Below, one piece after another: positions 26,050 to 37,131 of a stretch of 64,000 nt of DNA. The notes under the pieces are model-generated. The model had not been told where the DNA came from. It ran no database searches and worked only from the letters and a program-made list of their open reading frames with translations. Position numbers and translations under genes: made by a program. Position 1 is the first letter of the stretch, and each line of letters starts with the position of its first letter. This DNA comes from Lama guanicoe (lineage: Eukaryota): the NCBI GenBank assembly GCA_013239625.1, contig MU053652.1:5881902-5945901 (forward strand), read 5' to 3'.

Positions 26050-27430
26050 CATTTTCCTTCCTGAGAGCATCCTTACTTATCTGAGTTGAGGGATTTTTTT
26101 TCTTCGACATGGTGTTTAAGCTGGGACAATCTTTTCCCCAGTGATCCTTCCTTCTTCTTTTGTGGTTTCCAATATCTACAAGTGTCCTTGTCAGTGGATG
26201 ATCAGTCAGAAGGTAGGCTACCTAGCCGTGGGATCTGCAGGACCATAAGTTTATTTTGGATCCTGTCTCATTTTTGTTCCAAACCCTTTCAAAATGTTCT
26301 GTAGGATGCTGTCATTCAGGTAGAGGGGTATTTCTTATTCTAATTTCTGCTTATAAATTGGTTCTCCAATTTGAGGTGTAACTCCATTGACAGAATTAGA
26401 TGGAAGGATCGCTGTTACGTCAGCATCTTTTTAAACCCCCAAATATTGCTGAAGATATTTTCCAGTCTATCCTGAATATGTCCTAAAGTTTGAACTTTTC
26501 TCTGTTTGCATGATTGAATTATGGTCTGATCAATTTTTACTGGAAATGCTCAGCACTGGCTTTTATGAGACTTTGCCCTACTTTTTCATCCTTTTCTGAC
26601 TCACAGGCTTATTGTGGAAGGAGAGATCCCATCAGTCCCTTCTTGGGTTAGTCCAGTCAGCTACTGCCATTTAGGACTTAACATCTGAGGTATTCTGACT
26701 AACGTGTGTAAGTTGATATAGGTCAGGCATCCATGGGTCATATGTACTCAAAAGAATTCTAAGTTATTCTAATTGCTGGTCTTGTCTGTGCTTAGGGAAG
26801 TCCTTGATTATTGCTTATAATTCAGCTCACATCTGAGGTATGAATTCTAGAGTTGCCTGCGTGCCTGGCTCCGGAAGGGACAGAGCTTTCGAGGCAACTG
26901 GCTCTTTAGGACCTCTGAAGACGCTTTGGGAGGGTGTAGGGCGTCTGGACAAGGGGAAGAGGGAGGACAAGATGGCTGAGGAGTGGAAGGAGAAGTGGAA
27001 GAGGGAAACCTGGATCCCAGGAGGCAGTGGAGGACAAGCAGGGAATGGATTTCCCAGGGAAATGGGCCTCGCTTACTCTTGCTCAAGTCTGTCAAATTGC
27101 TCACCAGCCTTGGCCCAAGATTCTTTTAAAGAATTTTTGGGTCAGAATTTCATTTGGAGGCCTCTGCACACCAATCAAGAAACGTTGCCCATTGGGCTTG
27201 AGAAATCTTATTCCCTTTTTCACTAAGCCACCTCTGAAATGAACAATTTTGTTTAAGTCAAACATTCCCCGAGTGGCCTCTGAAGGCTCAAAAGTCCTCA
27301 GTCAAGTTACGCCATTTAGAGAGAGATGCCCAAGAATTCGGATTGTACTGAGAGTTCATAGCATAAGCAGGAGTTTTACTTGCAGGAGGGGACTTAGATT
27401 AGACGACCCGTGAGACCTGGCGATGGACAG
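26050..27430 (-). pseudogene. gag: Disrupted retroviral gag
   Basis: MA-like GMFDLNKIVHFR and AQWATFLDW, a Pro/Ser-rich linker (~26900-27030), and CA-like AEL*AIIKDFP...RILLSTYDPWMPDLYQL. Confidence 0.75.
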
Positions 27431-27825
27431 CCAAAGGTGACACCTATGTACTTTCTGTCTCAGGCTTCCAACCAGTTGGCTGCCTATAAAAACAGACCTG
27501 ACAGTCTGTGCCTCCTGGCAGGCAGAAAAGTGGAGAGAACACTGTTTCCGGATCAAAGCCAAGCTCTTAGGACAAAAAAAGTTGAAACAGAAGCAAGGCC
27601 TCATTCATTTTTATTGATGACTCACAGCAAAGTTTGCGGAACTGGAATGATGGTCTGGGCACTAGTCTAATGAAAACCTGCAAACTCGCTGGTCTGTGAT
27701 GCTGGCTCCGACAACAGGCTCGCAGGGCCGGCGCCTGCGTTCCACCCTGTGAGTCTCCTTCACAGTGTGGTTAGATTGCTGTGGTGTTATGGTAAACAAC
27801 ACTTCTAGACAGCACAACACAACAG

Positions 27826-27847
27826 CACACACACACACACACACACA
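27826..27847. repeat. (CA)n microsatellite in the proviral leader
   Basis: Directly visible CA run. Confidence 0.9.
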
Positions 27848-28086
27848 AAAGAGTGAAAAGGGATGAAAAGGAATTGCCTGCTGAGGATGTCAAACAAATG
27901 AGAACCAATAACAAAACCTGGGAACCAAACACGACCAACAGCTGAGAACTCAGTGAAAGCGAGCGGAGGTCGCTTTCTGAGCTACGGCATCTCTGTGGGC
28001 CGGATAGGCAAGGCACTAGGGATATCCTTGGGTACCGCACCTGACCGAGGCCCAGGGCCGGCAGCAATGGCCAGTGCAGACGGTTC

Positions 28087-28105
28087 CTCCGTGGACAGCT
28101 CGGAA
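28087..28105 (-). other. Degenerate primer-binding site (tRNA-Arg-like)
   Basis: TTCCGAGCTGTCCACGGAG just inside the 5' LTR resembles TGGCGAGCCAGCCAGGAG (about 13/18 with one gap). Confidence 0.5.
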
Positions 28106-28109
28106 ATAC

Positions 28110-28549
28110 TGTGGAAACAACAGAGACTGAGAGAGAATGAGAATAAATGGAGTTACCTACTCAGAGCTTGCCCTAGCACGAGGGTCAGCCGCAGTCACTT
28201 CATTTGTCAGAAGCTCAAAGACAGGCAGGGGAAAGAGAAAGCTTCCTACTCAAGAAAACAAAAAAGGATGGTTTTAGGTTTGCTCTGATTGGATGTTATT
28301 GGCATGAAGGCGGATGAGGGGTGGGGCGTCTGAGGTGATTGGTTTGGGGGGCACAGTCAGCTTTCTCTGGTTGATGGTGGAAGCAGAGCCGGGACAATGA
28401 CAGACGTCGACTTGGTCGAGTTCTGAGTTTTCTGGGCCAATTCCTGCAGAGGCTGTGTTTGGCTCCAGAGGCTGATTACTGTAGGGGTGGTGGGTCCGAG
28501 TTCTGCTGTCATTTATGGTCTGGCCGTTGTCGGTGCACTCAGGCTCTCA
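28110..28549 (-). mobile_element. Proviral 5' LTR
   Basis: Collinear with 22243-22669 (cagagcttg, ttgtcaga, agacaggcagg, ctctgattgga, ctgcagaggctgtg, tatggtctgg, ctctca). Confidence 0.85.
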
Positions 28550-29619
28550 GATGGAAGGAGGGTATCCGAATACGTTCCTGGAGATTATCAAGCGGTGAGG
28601 GGACCACAGTCTGGGCAAAAAATTGTCCTGTCTTTATGCATGTATGCATGCATATATTCATTCATTCATTCATTGGTAGGGTGGGTGGGGTGCATAGTTC
28701 CTTGTAGAACACTTTCTAGCGGAGCAGGACAGAGCTACTTAAGATTCTAAAAGACCTACCAACTGTTAATAAGCCTTAGCATAGATAGGGTAGATCTTGC
28801 TGGAAACTTGATTCAGCCCATCTCCTTTCCCTTGTTATAAACACAGAGGCAATTCAACTACCACAGCCAAGTTGCTCTAACACAGCCCTAAAGAGAGGGT
28901 CGCTATTTCTAGTTCAGGCTGCAACGTTTTGGGCTTGTAAAATAGAATAAGCCCAAAATGTCGTCACAACGAGGATGAAATGCAGGCATCTTTGTTGAAT
29001 GGATTGTGAAATGGAATTACAGCCAAACCCCCTTTAAGCTGCTACCAGTAGATAAAGGGGGAAGGAAACGTTCTGAGATCAATAGGTTAATGACAAACCG
29101 TTTACTCCAACTGGCTAACGAACCTGGCCGAGTATGGCAGAAGAATCAACTGACGAAAGAGACAATGAAATGGAACAGTGTTGGAGGGGTTTTGCAGAAA
29201 ATAAAATGTGTGTGTACAGTCATTTCAGTATGTCTTGGTCATGTTTGGAATATGCTTAGAAGGGTAAACTAAAAGAAGCAGTGACCCTGCTAAGTAAGAA
29301 TTTTGTTAAAGTTTTAGAAGTGAAGGGGGAGGAAAAAAAACCCTCACCTGCCAGACAGCTGCAGGGAAATCCGTGGAGCTGGCAAACCAGGCCAATGGAA
29401 AACAACGTTGGTAAGAGCCGTAATTACACAGAGTGCAGACTGAGCCGAGATTGAGATCAGTTGTAAAAGGGAGAGTGGGTCCCGCTGCTAATGTGGCAGC
29501 CTTGTCCTGCATCCTTTGTGACTGAGATGGGAAGCCAAGGTGGGTCAGCTCTTGCCGTTTTTCATCTGAACTTCCAAATTGAGGAAAAGGTGCCCAGTCA
29601 AGGACTTATCAGGAGTAAC

Positions 29620-29850
29620 ACTAGAGCACTGATGAGGGCTGACTGTGCTTCAGGCACAGGTTTTAATTCAGCACTTTAAGCACATATTCTCTCATTGAAT
29701 CCTATGAGTCAAGTATATTGTTAACACCGTTTTGCTGATAAGGAAACCTGAGGTTTAATAAGATTAAATAATTGACCGAAGTGAATGGTGAACAATTTTA
29801 AACCCATGGCTCTTTGACCCCAGGGCCGTAGCTCTTGACCACAGTGGTCA
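29620..29850 (-). mobile_element. MIR SINE
   Basis: ctcattgaatcct...gataaggaaacctgagg...aagattaaataattg core. Confidence 0.7.
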
Positions 29851-30283
29851 GCATCCTTCCTTAGGGATAAATAAGGACGTAAGTTTACTTGGTTGTGGGG
29901 GTCATAGAATGATGCTTAAATCTCAATAACCAGAACGTGAAGGCAACTAATGCTATGTTTTAGGATGTAGAAGAACATAAATTCTGGTTATGAAATTTAC
30001 ACACAAAAAAAGGTAATTGATAATATGGTATCCAGTAACTGGGACACTTTCAAAAATTTCTGTAGATTTTTTTCAATTTTGATTTTTATTGGAAAATAAA
30101 ACCTCACTTCTTATATCTTATAATCTTTCTGTAGTACTTATACACATTGATGGTTAGAGGTTCCTACTTTTCTCTAAGTGCTGGCATCTTCACAAATAGT
30201 TTTTGTGGTTAGAAAGAATGAAACTAGACATTGTGGGACTACCTACAGTTTGTGCCAAGGCTGTTACCTGCTCAATAAGCTGA

Positions 30284-30318
30284 AGTTGCCACCTGCTGGT
30301 AGCGTCTCTGAACTGCAG
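30284..30318 (-). promoter_or_regulatory. Candidate CTCF site (core plus upstream motif)
   Basis: Minus strand CTGCAGTTC-AGAGACGCTA-CCAGCAGGTGGCA. The core matches CCASYAGRKGGCR exactly. Confidence 0.6.
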
Positions 30319-31299
30319 GCACAAGGTTCCAGGGTCCTTACTAGTTAGTGGGTGCCTCAGGGATGCTATCTTCAAGGACACTGCATCATGACATCCCCAA
30401 AATTTACAATGAAAAGCCAAACTAATTTTGAGCCTCATGAGCACCAAGAGAACCACCAATGTATTCGAAGAGTATTTTCATTTAATAGCAGGGAGTTGAC
30501 CATTTGAAAACATTTCCCATTGATCTGCCTCTAAATATCTCCTTGGATCTCTCTTTCAAGGTCAGTAAATCCTGACAAGAACTACTTGAAAATGTTTGCC
30601 CATTCATGCTCCCCAGTCTATAAGTATAATTCACATGATGGTTTGATTTTGTCAATGGGCACCATTCTTTCTTGAAGTGTGTAGTCAGTCACCATTCTCT
30701 GCACATTTTGACCTTTGCAATTTCAAATTACAAAGGTTTTTTCTTTTTTTTAATGAAAAATTAACTTTATGATTTTATTTCAATTTGCAGCACAGCTTGC
30801 ATTGATACTGTCATTTCTGCTCCAGCTTTAGAAGAACACGGCCAATGTTGAGGAGAGGCTGTAGTTGAAGGGGTTGGGGTAGGTGTTCGGAAGAGGTGGT
30901 GGGCAGGCCAAATGAAGAGGTGGGCCCGCAAAGTCACAGGGGTGAGGCTATCCCAAAAGTTCTTCTAACATAACAGGGGAAATCTTGCAAAAATAAGTAT
31001 ATTAGTACATATTGCTTACGTTAGCCGAAGAAACCATTAGGAGACGCTCACTCGCTAGAAGCCCATTATAACCCATGTTGACATTTAACCATCTGGATTT
31101 CCTGGAATAGCTGAGAAAGTGGACCAAGCACTGGAATCCAAGCCAGAGCAAAGGGGACTGCACCACTGTCACCTGTCTTCCCTCTGTAACTAGTCACTCT
31201 GAAAGGATGGGTTTCTCTACCAGACAAAAAGAGAGATAGCTTCTTTTGAATATTTTGAATACTGGCTCCTGTTCTTTCCCCATCCTCAAATAGTAAATA

Positions 31300-32345
31300 C
31301 TTGTTTATTTTAAATTTTAGCCAACATGTATTATAATAAGTAACACAACATATTATGGGAAATTATATAATGCAGATAAGAAAAAATTTAATAACCCATT
31401 AAATACCACCTATTAACAGACATTAGCGCTGAATATTTTGGTGTCCTGTGCAAACATGTAGCTGTCATTCTTTTCATTTCACACAAAATAAATTGTAAGA
31501 AAAGATACCACCTAGTAACCTCCTTGTTTGTTAATATAGCAATATATCATGACCAACCTTTAAATTAATAATTACAAATTTAGATCATAAATTTTCATGG
31601 CCACAAAGTATCTCATTATGCAGATATCCACTGCTGTTGGTTGCTTTAATAAGCAGCAGCTTTACATCTAATTAAGATTAATTTCTACAAGTAGCCTTGC
31701 TGGGTGAAGCATTTACGCATTTTTAAAGTTTTTGAAAAATATTGGTGATTCGTTTTCTAGAAAATGTGAATCAACTTATATTTTCATAGCAGTGAATGGA
31801 ATATTAATAGGTGAATAATAGTGTTAAACTGTGGCTTTGATTTGTATCTGTTCAGCACAAATGAGGGTGAACACTTTTTCTATGCATATTGGCTGATTGT
31901 ATTTCTCTTTCTTAAATATCCTTTTTATAGCTTTTGCCACTAAATTTTTTTTACTTATTTCAGACATTTCTCAGTTTTTTCTTATTTATTTCAAACAGTT
32001 TTTTTCCATATACAATGTTGTATCTTTTGTTCATCATATGTGACAAATACTTACCCCAGGGACTTACTTGCCTATTAATAATGCTGATGAAATATGACTT
32101 TTTTCTTGCACTTCACAACTTTTGTCTTTTTTATTCAGTTACATATCTCAATCATTCTTTTGAAGGTTTTTGACTTTGGTGTCATGCTTTTTAAAAGTTC
32201 TTCCTCCAGTAAAGACATACTTGCATTCTGCTTTCTTTTAAACAATTTATTACTTTTTACATTAAAATTGTTACTTCATCTAGAATTTATTTGATGTTCA
32301 TTTAAGACAAGGATTTAATACTTTTTCTCCTAAATCATTGGCTGG
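31300..32345 (-). mobile_element. Ancient L1ME-like fragment
   Basis: Antisense L1 motifs actgtggctttgatttgtatctg and gcatattggctgattgtatttctc. Confidence 0.65.
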
Positions 32346-33734
32346 GACATCATATCGATGATGTTCTATAAAGCTTCATGCCCTCCAAGTATTGACTGTA
32401 CTCTGGTGGCAGATTTGGGATGATGTGAACAGCAAGCTCAGAGGCCAGTTAAAGAAACAAATCATCATGCAGTGAGCGAGGCAGAAGCATTAACTCAGTA
32501 TTTAATGGTCCACATTTCTCTGTCATTAAATAAAGGAAGAATCACTATTGATGAACGGGGGCATAGCTACATTACATTTATAAATATTTAAATAAGGAAA
32601 ACGGGGAAAATCTACTGAAAGCTGTGATTTCATAGCAGAGGATTGAGAAGGAAGCCTGCCTGGTGTGCAGATGAGGGACTTCTACGGGGAACCTAGAATG
32701 CATTAGGAAGGACACTTTGATGAATGACAGAGGCTGGTCTCCTTCCTGGGTCTGTACAAAGCAATGCATTAGGATGTGATGAGATTTGTAGATCTTACGG
32801 TTTTTAAGGTACCACAAAGTAATTTGGTAAGGTGGAATATTTTCAGCAGCATTAGTCATCATTATCGTCATGGCCATCATCTTCCAAAAAAAAAAAAATC
32901 AGGAACAGTTTGAAAGTTAGAGTTTGTATCTGAGGATGATCATGACATTGAACTTGAAAAAAAGAGTATGTCAACTTTCTGATTGTGTAATGTGAGATGA
33001 TTTTTCCAAATCTAGGTATGTATTTGAAGGGACAATAGGGTGAGTCTCTTGGTTTCCCTGGCTTCTATTTCCTTGGGTTGGGATGGTGGAGATGACTGGA
33101 TTCTGCAGCTTTGGGCTGGTTTGCCTCAAATTCAGGTCTGTCTCACACAAGTTTATTAAGTTATCACAGAACTAAGTACACCCAGCCTTTGTGTGTCTGG
33201 TTGGGTAGGTGAGGAGGCACAGTCAAGGTAACAAATAACAATTGTTTCATTCTAACAACAGTAACCACATTTACGGAACACCTACTGCTTGCCAGACAAT
33301 GTTCCTTGAATTCTACACAAGCAGCATCCTAGTTACTAGTAGCTGAGTTTCCCAGCTGGGAGATCTGCCTCCTGCAGGAAGGGCAGAAGAAAGGATGGAG
33401 GTGCTACCTTCGGATGACTTCCCGAAGTACAAAGAGGGCTCCTTGATACTTTATCCATCCTATGCTCTTATGTGCCAAGTTAAGAATCAAAGAGATAGTA
33501 GGCTTGGCTGACCCCACAGTGCAGGTACAATCACGCCTACATTATTGTTACTGTCTTTTGACTGATTCCTGCTTGTCCCTTTACCCTTGTATCTATCCTG
33601 CTCATTTTCATCAGATTATTGTTCCTCAGTTACTTGGTATTCGCCATCCTCTTAGTTGTCTCACTCGGGGTGATTGTTGAACATGGAGTTTCCTGAGATC
33701 ACCTTTAGCTTTAGTACCCCAGTTCAGTCAATTA

Positions 33735-33905
33735 AGTACTGGAGCAGAGCTCCTCTAACACCAATGTGCAGAAAAACCATGTGCGGATCTTGTCAAAATG
33801 CAGATGGGGTTGGGGGGGTGTGGTTCCTGAAACTGCATTTCTCTGAGCTTCCATATGGTGTCACTACTGCTGGTCCACAGATCACACTTCGGGTAGCAAA
33901 GGGCA
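33735..33905. mobile_element. MER5-like hAT MITE
   Basis: cttgtcaaaatgcagat...ctgaaactgcatttct...ctgctggtccacagatcacactt. Confidence 0.7.
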
Positions 33906-34346
33906 TCTAAATGAGTTATTCTGGCATTTTAGTCCTTCTGTATATTTGACCTGTTTTCACATCTCCAAAGGACTCCTCTGGCTCCCTAACTAGCATCTCT
34001 GATGCAGTCAAAGCAGTGTCTGGAATGTTCTCCAATAGGGTCACATAGATTGAATTTTTGCTCCAGCTTACCATCACCGCCGATCTTTCTCATTCCTGTT
34101 TGTCTGAAACAGATCTTTCTTGGAGGACCTTCCCAGGTAAGGTCGTGGGTAAGGCTCTTTCCAATAGCCCAGCCCTCTGAAGTCCTCTGACTTTCGGTAT
34201 GAATGCCAGCCATCTGTCCTTGATGTCGTATGAGGGGCCCCAAGCCTTTCGATCTCACCCTCAGATACAGGAGGAGTTCCCCTAAGTTAAGCGAGTCTTG
34301 TCACATGAGCTGCTTTATTTTCCCTTGCTACTAGGTGGGAGCCAAG

Positions 34347-34360
34347 GTTGCCATGGAGAC
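34347..34360. promoter_or_regulatory. RFX X-box motif
   Basis: GTTGCCATGGAGAC is close to the palindromic X-box GTTGCCATGGCAAC. Confidence 0.4.
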
Positions 34361-35535
34361 AGCACAGTCTTATTTCAAAAGCCAAAGCTCTCTTTACCAC
34401 CGCTCCTGCTGCACAGGGTGCCCATCCCTGGAGCTACCTCCAACTTGAACTGATCATTCAAATTAATCCTAGGAGTATGCAAGGAGAGCTTATTGAAGTG
34501 ACCCTATCCCTGTGAGGTGGGCATAACCACATCTCCCCCTCTCCCCAAAGCAAAGGAATATATTCATATTTTCACTCAGTTTTCCTTTGTCTTATACTTC
34601 CGGACTAACTTACGTGGATCTGTTTTCTCCCTATCAGAACTTTCCTGGGTGTCTTTGTTCCATCTTGGTAAGATGCAAACACCGAAGCCTTTGCCGCTAA
34701 TCCTTAGTTACACACTGCGAATCTGTCCTTGCGTTTGTGAAGGTGATGAACACTACGCAATGGGAGAAAATGCTCTCAAATATTAATCCCAATATAGTGC
34801 ATAGCAAACTGCAGAGAGGGGACTTGGCGCTGTGTAAATCTGGAAAGAAATTCTGAGATGTTCTTTGATACAGAACTTAGAGTATCAGGATGTCACTTGA
34901 TTCTCCTTATAGAGTTATTTTCTTTTTGCACTTTTTCTGCAGATGTGACTTTATCCCCAAAGAAGACAATCCGGAATCTCTTTCAAATGCTGTATTGGTG
35001 GTTAGCTATACTTCTGTGCATTAAATAGACTTGCTCAATATTTATCTCCTTATTCCTCCTTTTAATGTGAACTTAAAAATGTATCTTTAGACAGTATCAG
35101 GCTTAAGCCAGACACAAGTTTATATTGGTGTTTGGGGAAGAAGGGGCAGCAAATTTGGAATGCCTTTGTTATTTTACACTATCTTAGTGCCAGTTATGGA
35201 TTTTGGAATAATATTTCATGTGCTAGGAGTAGCTTTTATCCAGTGATTAGACCTTCAATTTTTTAGCACTTTTCCCCTAAATCTCTTAAGGTCAAAAATC
35301 ATGAATAAATCCATGCTTGATAGACTGAAAGGTCTTAGCTTCAGAGAGTTGTCAGTAGACTTCAAATTGGAGCAGTCTTTCAGTTCTCTTACTTGCAAGT
35401 TATTGATAAATTTGCACACCGCTGGCTGCAGATCTAATGAATATATTCATGGACCATGAAGCATGGTTTGGTATTTAGAAGAATCCAAGATGTGATTTTT
35501 TTTTTAAATTACATTGAGTTGGAAATGTTATTTAT

Positions 35536-37131
35536 TTATTTATTTATTTATTTATTTTTTAACATTTTTTATTGATTTATAATCATTTTACAATGTTGTG
35601 TCAAATTCCAGTGTTCAGCACAATTTTTCAGTCGTTCATGGACATATACACACTCATTGTCACATTTTTTTCTCTGTGATTTATCATAACATTTTGTGTA
35701 TATTTCCCTGTGCTGTACAGTGTAATCTTGCTTATCTATTCTACAATTTTGAAATCCCAGTCTATCCCTTCCCACCCTCTACCCCCCTGGTAACCACAAG
35801 TCTGTATTCTCTGTCCATGAGTCTATTTCTGTCCTGTATTTACGGTTTGTTTTTGTTTGTTTGTTTGTTTTTTAGATTCCACATATGAGCGATCTCATAT
35901 GGTATTTTTCTTTCTCTTTCTGGCTTACTTCACTTAAAACGACATTCTCTAGGAGCATCCATGTTGCTGCAAATGGCATTATGTTGTCGGTTTTTATGGC
36001 TGAGTAGTATTCCATTGTATAAATATACCACCTCTTCTTTATCCAGTCACCTGTTGATGGACATTTAGGCTGTTTCCATGTTTTGGCTATTGTAAATAGT
36101 GCTGCTATGAACATTGGGGTGCAGGTGTCATCCTGAAGTAGATTTCCTTCTGGGTACAAGCCCAGGAGTGGGATTCCTGGGTCATATGGTAAGTCTATTC
36201 CTAGGCTTTTGAGGAATCTCCACACTGTTTTCCATAGTGGCTGCACCAAACTGCATTCCCACCAGCAGTGTAGGAGGGTTCCCCTTTCTCCACAGCCTCT
36301 CCAGCATTTGTCATTTTTGGATTTTTGAATGACGGCCATTCTGACTGGTGTGAGGTGATACCTCATTGTAGTTTTGATTTGCATTTCTCTGATAATTAGT
36401 GATATTGAGCATTTTTTCATGTGCTTTTTGATCATTTGTATGTCTTCCTTGGAGAATTGCTTGTTTAGGTCTTCTGCCCATTTTTGGATTGGGTTGTTTA
36501 TTTTTTTCTTATTGAGTCGTATGAGCTGCTTATATATTTTGGAGATCAAGCCTTTGTCGGTTTCACTTGCAAAAATTTTCTCCCATTCCGTAGGTTTTCT
36601 TCTTGTTTTATTTCTGGTTTCCTTTGCTCTGCAGAAGCTTGTAAGTTTCATTAGGTCCCATTTGTTTATTCTTGCTTTTATTTCTTCTAGGAGAAAATTT
36701 TTGAAATGTATGTCAGATAATGTTTTGCCTATGTTTTCCTCTAGGAGGTTTATTGTATCTTGTCTTATGTTTAAGTCTTTAATCCATTTTGAGTTGATTT
36801 TTGTATATGGTGTAAGGGTGTGTTCTAGCTTCATTGTTTTACATGCTGCTGTCCAGTTTTCCCAACACCATTTGCTGAAGAGACTGTCTTTATTCCATTG
36901 TATATTCTTGCCTCCTTTGTCGAAGATGAGTTGACCAAAAGTTTGTGGGTTCATTTCTGGGCTCTCTATTCTGTTCCATTGGTCTATATGTCTGTTTTGG
37001 TACCAATACCATGCTGTCTTGATGACTGTAGCTCTATAGTATTGTCTGAAGTCTGGGAGAGTTATTCCTCCAGCCTCTTTCGTTCTCTTCAGTAATGCTT
37101 TAGCAATTCTAGGTCTTTGATGGTTCCATAT
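35536..37131 (-). mobile_element. Young 5'-truncated L1 (~1.6 kb) with complete 3' UTR and (TAAA)n tail
   Basis: TSD aaatgttatttat at 35523-35535 and 37132-37144. ORF2 is open throughout. Confidence 0.97.
35872..37131 (-). pseudogene. L1 ORF2p C-terminal fragment (~420 open codons, no EN/RT core, no promoter)
   Basis: The 360 aa ORF extends upstream without stops ([11 protein letters not shown]...TAWYW...IESPEMNP). Cys-rich motif [18 protein letters not shown] is intact. Confidence 0.95.

Larger units (their letters stand above)
22243..28549 (-). mobile_element. Decayed ERV1-class provirus (MER90/MER110-like LTRs): LTR-PBS-gag-pol(RT)-env-PPT-LTR
   Basis: Two related TG...CA LTRs, flanking GATGG at 22238-22242 and 28550-28554, and gag, RT and env motifs in the correct order on the minus strand. 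Confidence 0.9.

Noticed and set aside
36374..36934. 186 aa hydrophobic plus-strand ORF
   Set aside because: It is the antisense shadow of L1 ORF2, a common artefact.
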